Source: the human T2T-CHM13v2.0 reference genome, Homo sapiens. Taken from it: 64,000 bases of DNA. The notes under the pieces are model-generated. The model made no database searches, had not been told where the DNA came from, and saw only the letters and a program-made list of their open reading frames with translations. Position numbers and translations under genes: made by a program. The stretch is taken from NCBI RefSeq assembly GCF_009914755.1, contig NC_060933.1. One strand, 5' to 3'. Below, in pieces: positions 52,751 to 64,000 of this stretch (the first letter of the stretch is position 1; each line of letters begins with the position of its first letter).

Positions 52751-54089
52751 CGGCTCTGGTTGTCCCACATTTGGGGCTGCCTCCCTTCTCGGGTCAGACT
52801 CTTCACTTCTTTGAATCACGACCAGATGAAGATTTGTGATTATCAAAGCAATTGGTCAAAGGGGCCCACCTACCTTTTAATCCCAGTTAATTACATCACC
52901 CAGAGAATGTTACCAGACCACACAGAGCCCTCTGCCTGAGCTGCAGAAACTTACCTTGTCCAGAGATCCTGGGCTGAGGCCCAGTGCCATCTTACCGTCA
53001 AAGTGATTGCGGATGAACGAGGATGGAGGGGTTGCCTATGGTCTTTCTCCCCAGGTCCCCGTTGCTTGGGTCCTATCCCCCTTGCTTTTTGCCAGGCTAC
53101 CCTCTCGGGAGACAGATGAAGAGTAGGGGGAGGCTATAACTCCCTCTTAAAATGACCTTTTCCAGGGGTGGCACTTTGAGACCCTCAGTGGCAGAATTAC
53201 TTACAACCTCTCAATGGTGAGTCTTCATCAGCCCCTCCTGCCAAAGCCCCTGAGTGGCCCTTAGATCTTTCCCTAAATAGACCAGGGAGCTGAGGATGGC
53301 TAAAATGCGGGCACTCAAGCCTGAGTGTGGAACCTGAGTGAGGACCTGCATCTCTGGCCATCCACGGCCACCCACGGCCACCCTTGCCAGCCCAGACTTG
53401 CAGGAGAGCTCCAGGGAAGACGGTGGCACCATCGCCCCTGCCCTCTGCTCCTGCAAGGATGTTCCAGGGATGTCCAGCAGGGAGTCCTGTCTCCAGGTCC
53501 TGGGCCCCCTTGAGCTGGGCTGGAGATGGGGACTCTCAGATCAACTGGAAACCCAGTGGCCACATCATAAGCAGATGGGAGCAGGTGATGTAAGCATTGC
53601 TATCGCCCAAGCCATGGAGCTCTTTACTCCACAGCCAGTGGGCATCACTGGGTGAAGAAATGGAATCTGCCTGAGTGTGGATGAGAGGAAGTCGATTTGA
53701 GGGCTGGGGATGGGCTGTGAGGTCCCAGCAGAAACTGCAGCTGCCAGGATGTGGGGTGAGTCCTGGCCCCTCTGTGGTGGCCACCCATACTTCAGGGTCC
53801 TTGTCTGTCAGGTGGGACAAATGTTGCAGCCGCCCCCACCCTACTGCTATGAAGAGCTAAAGAAATAGCAGCGGTGCAGGCTCTGGACGCTGGAAAGCTC
53901 TGCACTTACGGGAGGTGTGATTGCATCTATTTATTACCTGGGAAGTCCCTTCCAGCCAAATCCATTTCAAACCAATTAAACTGAACAATGGCCGCAGAGA
54001 TTATAGGATGGAAACCTATGAGACTGTTTCTCTTGGGCTTCGGGGTCTGCTTTTGTGGGGCTCCTCCTGAGTCTACTCAGCCTGCCTGA

Positions 54090-54515
54090 GGTCAGCTGAA
54101 TAATGACCTCCAAAGTTACCAGGTCCCAATCCCCAAAACCTGCAAATGTTGCCTTATATGGAAACTGGGTGTTTGGAGTGTGATTGAAGCTGTTGAAATG
54201 GGAGGAGATCCTGGATCATACAGGTGTGTCCAATGTTAAGATGAGGGTCCTTATCAGAGGGAGCTAGTGGGAGAGGTGATGCCATGTGAGGATGGACACA
54301 GAGGTTGGAGGGACGTGGCCACAAGCTAAGAAATGCCTGGAGTCCATAGAAGCTGGAGGAGGCAGGAAGGATCCTCCCCTAGAGCTTCTGGAGGGAGCAC
54401 GGGCCTGTGACACCTCCCTCTTGGCCTCTGGCCTGCAGAACTGGGGGAGAATCAATCTGTGTTGTTCTGAGTCCCTCGTGGTGGGGTCGTTTGTTGCAGC
54501 AGCCGCATCGAACAT
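54090..54515 (+). mobile_element. MLT1C-like MaLR LTR
   Basis: gctgaataatgacc...ggccacaagctaagaaatgcc...agaagctggaggaggcaggaaggatcctcccctagagc. Confidence 0.85.
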
Positions 54516-56644
54516 GTGTGGAGAAGCCTGGACTGGACATCTTCCCTGTCCCCATGGCCCCAGGGGTCCCAGCTTCAGTCCTGGATGTCTGAGGAGATTG
54601 TCCCCAGGGCCCAGGATGTGCAGGGTCCCCGGGGCTGCCCTGGGCAGTTCTCCACCTGCTCGGATGGGTCTGCGGCTCCCGTTGGTTGATGTTTCTTCTG
54701 CTGGGCCCCGCCAACTCCTCCACTTCCTTAGGAAATGGTGACCTCAGCCAAGCCTGTTTTCTGGTGATTTCTGAGGTGTGAAAAAGAGGGTGTTATGCAC
54801 ACCAGAGCTGAAACTTGCTCCTAAAATAAGACCCAGGAAAGTCTTGCAGTCACTGGAACCCCGTGCAAGCGACTGCTTGTCTACTGAGCCCCAGGGTGTG
54901 CCTTGCGTCCACGGGTGTTTCAGGCAAAGCTCTGCACAGCCACTCAACTCTCTCAGTCCCAAAATGTCTCAATTTGCTAGACCGGTTCAGTGGAGAACGA
55001 GGGAGGGCACTTTGTTCTCAAGATCTACGGGCTGGGCCGGTGGCTGCCCCTCAGCCCTGTTATCCTGCAGAGGAGCCCACAGTTGCTGTAAACAGCCCCC
55101 AACTCCCCTCGGGTGAATGAGGGGTGAGCAGTTGGACACGCTGGGCGGAACAGGATGGGCTGAGCTCCAGGGCCCAGAACCTTCCAGCTTGAGGGCCGTG
55201 GGGTTGTGGTGGACAATGGCGCATGCATCAGACTTCAGGGCAAAGCACTCCAGGGCAGCCACCGGATTCAGGTCACATGCCCTCCACCCTCAAGTCTCTG
55301 GAGGTGGGTGACACTCATGCATGGTTGCCCTGGGTCAAAGGGGTTTCTATGGCCCCGAATGTCCTCCTGAAGACCCTGCCTGTTTCTTACACAGCCGTTT
55401 CTGGGTCCTCCACTCAACACCCGGTAACTGAGCAGCTGTGACACGCCAGGTCCAGCTCGGGGCTGGACACAGCTGGACTTGCATGGTCCTGGTCCCTCCT
55501 CTGCCCTATGGGCTTTGCAAGCAGCAGCTCAGAGATCAACCCCACAGTCCGCCCTGGGACTCCTGCTCCAGCCCCTGCAGGCCTCCTCTGGCCTTGGCTC
55601 AAGGCAGTAGTGGCTACAGTGCCAGGCAGGGTGACCCTCAAGCTTCGCCTGGGACACCATGGAGCAGCTGCTGGTGCTGGGCTTGGAAGAGGCTGAAATA
55701 ATAATTTGCACTCCCCTTCCCGTAAGCCCCATCTGACCGGGGAAAAGGTGGTTTAATGGCTTTTTGCTGGGCCAGAATTTCCAGAAAGCTTCTTCTCGAT
55801 TGGATTCTGCACTTTTATCTCTTAAGCCCCAGAGTTTTGTGAGTGTACGAAGGGATGGGGGAAAAGCTCGACTTAATTTTGCGTGGATGCCTTTTTTCCT
55901 GTATGAAGTCAGGTTTTACATGAGTTAACTCGAATACGATGATAATCAAAAGCCTTTGGTTAGAAGCCTCTTTCCTCCACAGATTTCAAAGCATTTTCAT
56001 GCAGAAATACAGGGATTTCTTGGCGGATCGGACTCTCCCAGCAGGCTATCCATCATCTTTGTGCACTCAGAATAACAATCATTACAGCAATAATAATAAT
56101 ATCAGCTCCCATTTGTATAGCGCTTTATGGCTTACGAAGCACTTACACATCTTTCCTCTCATTGCATCCCTGCAGAAACCCCAGAGAAGGATGGGAGAGG
56201 CATTCGGGCTCATGCTGTGAAGGAGACGCGGGCAGGCCCTGGGGTAGAGATAGGCCTCAGGGTGCATCCGGAGGCCTTCAGGCCCCTCCACCAGGACTGC
56301 CTCCGCCCCACCAGTGACCCAGAGCTGATCTCAGCCCCACTCCATGCTCTGCTACCCAGGGCTTCAACACCCAACTTCTCTTGGCCTTCCTGGGTCTCCT
56401 CCCACTTCTCTGACCTTCCTCCTCGGCCTTTCTCATGAGAGCCACCCCCGACTTCCGGCAACACCCTGGAGACTGGTTGGCAGTGGGGTTGAAGGCAGGC
56501 GCCACAGTGGCCCAGGTCCCTGGGGACACCCCGTTCGAGTGGTGCCAGCCTCCAGGTCAGAGCCAAAACACCTTGGAAAGCACCTGGCCCGTTTCAGATA
56601 TGGGGAAAGCAGAAAGAGACAGACCAAGAACTGCGGGTCCCTGG

Positions 56645-56850
56645 ACTTCCCACAGCTCACGCAGCACTCCAGGGTCCAGGGTGCGCCCAGCTGAGCTCAC
56701 TTGCCTGTGCCGAGGCTGTGCCCTATGACATTGTAAACCAGAGTGTTCCCCCAACTTCCCATTGGCTTACCCTGCATTTCAGGGCCCACGGTGCACCCCA
56801 GCTGCGCTCACCTGCCTGTGCTGAGGCTGTGCCCTATGACATTGTCACCC
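56645..56850 (+). repeat. ~110-bp diverged tandem duplication
   Basis: ...cagctg(a/c)gctcac(t/c)tgcctgtgc(c/t)gaggctgtgccctatgacattgt occurs twice, ~110 bp apart. Confidence 0.85.
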
Positions 56851-59374
56851 TGGGTGTTTTGGGAGGATACACAAATGGTAGGACATTGTGTGGAGAACAA
56901 AAGATATATCTCTTAATATGTGCAATGGGACCCCTGTTCTATAAACAAACAAAAACTACTCGATTGTAAAAAAGAACGGAAGGAAGCGCGTGAGCTGCTG
57001 TGAGGACCAACCCCCAGAAGCAGTGGGGAGAGGCAGAAGAGCCAGGGGGCTTGGATGTGATCTCAGCTGCACGATGGGATCGCAGACAGGCCACCTCAGC
57101 TCTCTAGGCCTGAGTCTCCTTGCCAGTAAAGTGAGGCTCAGAAGGCCCTCACTGAGAATCACTTGCTCAGTTTTTGGAAAAATTACAGGATGATTGGAAG
57201 ATTACATGTGTGCCCAGCATGGTGTGTGTCTCACAGGTACACGCCCTTCATCCCCAGCAGCTACAGTAATGATCTTTGCTTGGTGAGATTACGGCCACTT
57301 ACTTTCTTTTTTACACCATGTCTGTATTTTCTCAACTTTCTATCATGGCTATGTGTTATTTTCATAATCAGGAAAACAATAACCATATTGAAACCTAGCT
57401 ACAGTCACCATCCACCATGGTTCTGATGGGAGGTGTCTGCGCATGCCTGCTTCCCTGCCAGAGAGAGGAATTTCATGCCACAAGACCTCAGCCCTGCAAA
57501 AGGAGCCTCCTCAGCCCCGGGGGCACTTTCTGGAAAGGAGCCTGGTCTGTGCCTCTGTCCTGCTGGCAGCAGCTTTCCGGCCTTTCTTGCTAATCAGGAC
57601 CTGTGACTCATTATTGTGTTTCTGAAGAGAACACCTCACCCCTTCAGAGTGGAGCAGCCCACGTGGGGCTGTGACAGCTGCCATGGTCAACCCCACAGCT
57701 GCTCCCCATGCCCCCCACTTAATAATGGACGAGGCTGATGACAGCCTCCTTGAAATGGAAATATTGACCTACATGCTTCAAAGCAAGTGAGGAGATTGTG
57801 TTTGCCGGCATTGCATTCCCTGTCACCAGTTTTGCCTTTTTAGAGAACTGTGAAGGGTATTTGTTCCCAGAATTTCTGACAAATCTCTGCCACGTGCCAC
57901 CACCTCATCTCAGCACTCACTCAGGCGATGTGCATTTCACTGATCACCTGCTGCAGGCTGCACGGGGGCGGGAGGACTGTGAGGCCAATCACACCTCCAG
58001 CCTTAGAAACCAGATCACAGGACCTGGGAAGCGGCTCCGGAGGGCCCAAGAAGGTGTTCCTAGGGGGTAATGGTGGCGTGGGATCTCCCAAAAGAGTGGC
58101 CTGGACGTTAGTGGCATTCCTGGGAGAGGAAGGAGGACCTTGGAGGTGCACAGTGTTGGGTGCTGCCTCTCCATGGACCAGAAGGAAAAATGTCCAGTCA
58201 AGGAAGCAAAGGTGGGAGGGGAGAGAGGAAGCTGAAGAGGTGGGCTGGAGTCCAGCAAGGTGATGCGGGATGCTAATTCGGACAGCCACGTGGACAGAGG
58301 CGAAGGGGATGGACCATGGGGACAAGAAGGGGAAGGCAGGCACCTGTCGGGAGATCTTCGAGCTCCTGACATCACGTCTGTGCCTGGCTTCGTGCCTCCT
58401 ACGGGGTTCAATAAAGAAGACACCATCTCCACTCACTGAGCTTATGATGCCGATGGCCCTGGTTCTCACACTTAAAATGTGCACAAAAATCCACTGGGGA
58501 GTGTAAGAATGGAAGCTTCTTGGGAGCCGGCCCAGGTACAGCCGGAGCAGCTATGTTAACATCAGACGAAGGAGACACGAGAAGGAGAATTGTCAGGGAT
58601 AAAGGCAACATTACATCACCATAAAAGACTTGATTTTTCAAGGAGACATACAAATCTAAAAGATATACTTAATAACACAGCTTCAAAACACCTGAAGCAA
58701 AAAATGAGAGAGCTGAAAAGTGAACTAGACAAATCCATAATTACTGTTGGAGATGTAAACGATTCTCTCTCAGTACTTGGCAGAAAATCCGTGAGGATGT
58801 GGATGACCTGAACAACACCGTCAGCCAACTTGGCCCACCTGGCATCTCTGGTACACTCTACCCAACGTCAACAGAATACATGTTCTTAAGGGTACGTGGA
58901 AGCTTCCCTAAGACAGACCAGATTATGAGCCACAAAACAAATCTGAAATTTAGAATACAAATCATATAAAGTGTGTTCACATACCACAGTCTTAAAATGA
59001 AAATCAACAAAAGAAATATATGTGGAAAATCCACAAGTATTAGGAATTAAATAACATCTTTCCAAAGGACATATGAGTCAAAGGAGAAATCTCAAGGTAA
59101 ATTTAAAAATATTTTGAACTGAATGAAAGTAAAAATACATTGTGTCAAAATTGGTGGGACGCAGCTAAGGCAGTGCTTACAGGAAAACGTATAGCTTTAA
59201 ATGCTTCTGCTAGAAAAGGAAGGTCCCAAATCAGTAATCTGAGCTTCTACTTTAAAAATCTAGAGAAAGAAGAGCAAAGTAAACCCAAAGCAAGCAGGAA
59301 GAAGGAAATAATAGCAATAAGAGTAGAAATCAATACAACCAAAGAGAAAAATCTATTAAGTCAAAACTTGATTC

Positions 59375-59640
59375 TTTATTTTTTTTTTTTGAGATGGAGT
59401 CTCGCTCTGTCTCCCCGGCTGGAGTGCCGTGGCACCATCTTGGCTCACTGCAAGCTCCGTCTCCCGATTTCATGCCATTCTCCTGCCTCAGCCTCCCAAG
59501 TGACTGGGACTACAGGCACCCGCCACCATGCCCGGCTAATTTTTTGTATTTTTAGTAGAGATGGGGTTTTACCATGTTAGCCAGGATGGTCTCGATCTCC
59601 TGACCTAGTGATCTGCCTGCCTTGGCCTCCCGAAGTGCTG
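59375..59640 (-). mobile_element. AluY/Sc-like, 5'-truncated
   Basis: cactgcaagctccg, catgccattctcctgcc and tgttagccaggatggtctcgatctcc are diagnostic of younger Alus. Confidence 0.9.
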
Positions 59641-61080
59641 GTTCTTTGAAAATATTGACAGAATTGATAAACCTCTGGCCACACCAACAAGGTGAGAGAT
59701 AGGACACACATAAATATCCAGAATGAAAGAAGCATTATCACTACTGATTATACATATTAAAAGGATGACAAGAGAATGCTATGAACAACTCTCTGCCTAT
59801 TAATTTGATTACATAGATAAAGTGAACCAATTTCTTGGAAGTTGAAAAAGTATTAAACTTACTCAAGAATAATAGATAACTAGAACAGTCCTATATCAAA
59901 TCGAAAAATTGAATTAATAGTTTAAAGTATCCCTTAAAATAAAACCTACAGCCCAAATGATTTTACCGGTAAATTGTCGTAACATTTAAGGAATAAATAA
60001 TACCAATTCTACACAATTTCTTCCAGAATATAGAAAAAGAGAAAATACTCCCCAACTCATTTTTTGAGGCCAGCATTATTCTAATGTCAAAGTAAGACAA
60101 AGACATTACAAGAAAAAAAAAAACTACAGACCAATATTTGTAATACACAGAGACGCAAAAATTCTCAAAAATATTGACAATTTTAATCCAGCAATATGTT
60201 AAAAAGTTAACATGCTGTGATTCAGTGGGGCTCAGCAAGGATGGTTTAATATTTGAAAAGCCAATCAATATGATTTACCATGTTCACACATTAAAGAAGA
60301 AAAAACATAGAATCATTGCAATAGTTGCAGAAAAAGTATTTTGTAAACTTCATTATTGATTCATGATAAGATCTTTCAGTAAACTAGTGTAGAAAGAAAT
60401 TTTCTTAACTTTATAAAAGCCGTCTACAAAAATCTTACAGCTAACGTCACACTTTACTGGTGAAATTCTGAATTTTTTTCCCTTAATACTGAGAGCAAGG
60501 TAAGCACGACCTTGTGTCTAAAATATTAAAGAAATTTCAAAATTCAACCACAAGAAAACAAAAATCTAATAAAGAAATTCAACAAAAGAAGACATGTAGA
60601 TAGTGAATAAGCCTCTAGTACACCCTCAACATCATGAATCATTAGGGAAATGAAAGTTAAAGCCATGATGAGATGCCATTTCACATTAATTACAAGGGCC
60701 GATATTTTAAAAAAACTGACAATGCTAAGTGCTGGCAAAGAGGCACAGCAACTGGACCTTTCATACACTGCTGTGGGATGCAAAAAGCTCTAGCCCCTTT
60801 GGAAACGTGTGGCCATTTCTTTTGAAGTCAAACACACCCTTACGATTATATGACCCAGCCATCCCACTCCTAGATACTTATCTAAATGAACTGAAAACCT
60901 ACAGTCACCGAAAAATATGCATGCAAACAATTACAGAAGCTTTATTTACAAACACAGTGACTTTCTTCCAGAAAGCACAGGCCTGCCCTGATCTGGGGCC
61001 ACTGGGAAAGACCCAGTGATCAAAAACTGAAAACACGTAGATACGGGTGTGGCATGGATAAAACAACCTTGGGGCTTCCA

Positions 61081-61270
61081 TATGGGGGAGAAGTACTCCA
61101 CAAGGAAAAGGAGCAAAGTACGGGGGAGAAGAACTCCACAAGGAAAAGGAGCAAAGTACGGGGGAGAAGAACTCCACAAGGAAAAGGAGCAAAGTATGGG
61201 GGAGAAGTACTCCACAAGGAAAAGGAGCAAAGTACGGGGGAGAAGTACTCCAAGAGGAAAAGGAGCAAAG
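61081..61270 (+). repeat. 38-bp minisatellite x5 inside L1 3' UTR
   Basis: ta(t/c)gggggagaag(t/a)actccacaaggaaaaggagcaaag at 61081, 61119, 61157, 61195 and 61233. Confidence 0.97.
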
Positions 61271-61677
61271 CATTATTAATGCAACACCATGAGGGCAGGC
61301 ACTCTATGCTGCTAGAGCTCAGCCCCAAAGGAGGGAAGACAGGCCTCAAAGGCTGTATACTGTATGACTCCATACATAGGAAATCCCAGGAAAGGCAGAA
61401 TTATAGAGATGGAAAGCAGAGACAGGGTTGCCAGGAGTTGCGATGAAGAGAGATTGACTACAAAAGGTCAGCACAAGGGAATCTGGGGGGAATTTTCTGT
61501 TCTATTATGGATCTGTGTTGGTGGATACATGACTATCAATTTGTCGAAATCCGTAGAACTCGGCCTGACACAGTGAAATTAACTACACGACTGGCAGGCT
61601 AAGTACTGGCCCATGGTCCTAGAGCTCATAAGACCACTGGGGTCAGGTTCACACCATGTCCAGGCATCCTTGCCGCT

Positions 61678-61678
<1 letters not shown>

Positions 61679-61720
<42 letters not shown>
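61679..61720 (+). repeat. (AC)21 microsatellite
   Basis: Pure dinucleotide run. Confidence 0.97.
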
Positions 61721-61722
<2 letters not shown>

Positions 61723-62414
61723 TTTCTCTGTCAGCTGAGAAGGCCAAGGAGCAACCACACCCCCAGTAACGACAGCACCCCCAGCACCCAGATCTTGGTT
61801 TCTAGCACCATTTTCCAATTAGAGAACCAGGGCTTCTTGGAGAAATGGCTGCTTCTAGAACTGGGGCAAGATGAGAGTGGGGCATAGACTTGTGGTGCCA
61901 TAAGGTAACGCAGTGCCCCAAAAAAGAAAAGTTCGCAAAGGCAGGGACATGTCACAGGGGCACAGGAGCCAGCTGCAGGGGGTCCCAATGGCCACAGGTG
62001 GAAAAATTGGAACCGCAAAGTAAAGTAGTATCAGAGTATAACCTAAGGTATAGAATAAATGTCCATGAGTCCATCTGGTTATAAATGAGTGACGGAGTCA
62101 ATCAATAAATGAGGAAGAAGAGATCTTTCCCATGCAGAGGCATTCCATAATTTATGCCCTCATGGAGGTGACTCAAATCTCCCCACCCCTTAAGTGTGGG
62201 CTGAGCATAGAGACTTCCTTCCGGAGAGCACAGGCCTGTCCCTGATCTGATGCCACTTGGACAGGCCCAGTAACCAGTGGATGCTGCAGCTACCCCACGG
62301 CCCTTTCAATCCCAGCATGTGGGCTGGGCAGAGCTTGCCTCTTGGGGCTGATGGGCCAGAGCTTGTTTGATGGACTCTCGGCCAGTGGCCGGCCAGTGTC
62401 CCATCAGTCATGTT

Positions 62415-63290
<876 letters not shown>

Positions 63291-64000
63291 ATGATGTTGC
63301 GGCTACATTGCGAGCCAGCCTGGTGTCCATTTAAGGGGAGCAGCTGCCAGAGCCCCGAGACACTGGCAGGGACCAGGGGACATCTGGCTGTAGTGCTGGC
63401 CTCCTCCTGAGGTTCTCCTGGATGCCCACACCCCCGAGAGGATTCAGCGAGAACCACAAGGAGGGGTGCAGCTATGTGTCTCTGCTCCTGCCCTGCTGCC
63501 AGCAGCCTCTGTCCCCATCATCCTGCGCCAGGCCAGCCATCCCCCGTGCATCCTTCCCATGCGTGCTAATCCTCCAGCAGATGCGGAAGGCAGGGCGGCG
63601 GGTGTCACCAGCCCCACACACTCTTGCTTTGACAGCCTTTGAGTGAACAAGACTCTATTTCTGCATGTGATCTTTTGCAGGAGCTTCCGCGTCCCCCATG
63701 CACTGGGGCTGCAGGAGTGAGATGTTGCCTGTCGCACCATCTCTGGGGATGAGGTCAGCTGCAAGCCGCTTTGCCCAGGGCAAATGGGATTCAAACGTGG
63801 AACAGGCTGTGCTTTGAAAAGCACTACCAGGTCTTTTCCACGAAAAACTCTAACCCTGTTCTCTAACCCTGTGACAGTGCCCCAAATTCCACCATTAAAT
63901 CACAACACTCTCCCCAGAAGGTTCCCACGGAAAGTCCAGTATGCTCACCCAGCAGACAGGAGGCTCCGCACGGCGCCGCTGCTGCCTTGACTGCTAGATG

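Larger units (their letters stand above)
58520..62230 (+). mobile_element. Old L1 (L1MC/L1MD-type) ORF2 and 3' region, fragmented
   Basis: ORF2 endonuclease remnant (LNNTASKHLKQKMRELKSELDKSIITVGDVN, 58590-58811) and [10 protein letters not shown]...[16 protein letters not shown] (59140-). 3' UTR motifs and a (CA)n-containing 3' region follow. Confidence 0.85.

Noticed and set aside
52144-52939. His/Thr/Pro-rich 231 and 227 aa ORFs resembling mucin or metal-binding repeats
   Set aside because: The 50-bp unit is not a multiple of 3, several frames are open at once, and there is no signal peptide or supported splice structure.
61081-61270. Regular 26-70 bp repeat arrays (here and at 27303, 35623, 48402) as CRISPR-like arrays
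   Set aside because: Head-to-tail units with no unique spacers, primate context and no cas genes.

Overview
Primate genomic DNA, human or another hominoid (Alu, L1PA and LTR12C/ERV9 are present). It is GC-rich and looks intergenic or intronic. I cannot support any protein-coding gene, RNA gene or CRISPR array. The long ORFs in the track come from VNTRs, low-complexity tracts or transposons; the only recognisable protein-coding remnants are L1 ORF1/ORF2 and a decayed ERV1 gag-pro-pol-env. A large part of the window is interspersed repeats: two long old L1M elements, an L1PA 3' end, about 9 Alus, many MaLR/ERV1 LTRs, a solo LTR12C, and MER2/MER20/MER30/MER44/MER53 DNA elements. Minisatellites are unusually dense. 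The most interesting signals: (i) a complex templated insertion at 48.6-49.0 kb, joining an inverted copy and a direct copy of two segments 1-2 kb downstream, next to a triplication; two more local templated copies occur at 11.7 kb and 61.0 kb; (ii) minisatellites born inside transposons, twice at the same part of a MaLR LTR; (iii) a solo LTR12C promoter beside a CpG-rich VNTR with about 14 CCGGAAG ETS cores; (iv) AT-rich, homeodomain/SOX-motif-dense non-repeat islands that look like enhancers. I found no convincing novel biological system. Repeat subfamily names are from memory of consensus sequences and need RepeatMasker/Dfam confirmation. Identity percentages are hand estimates.
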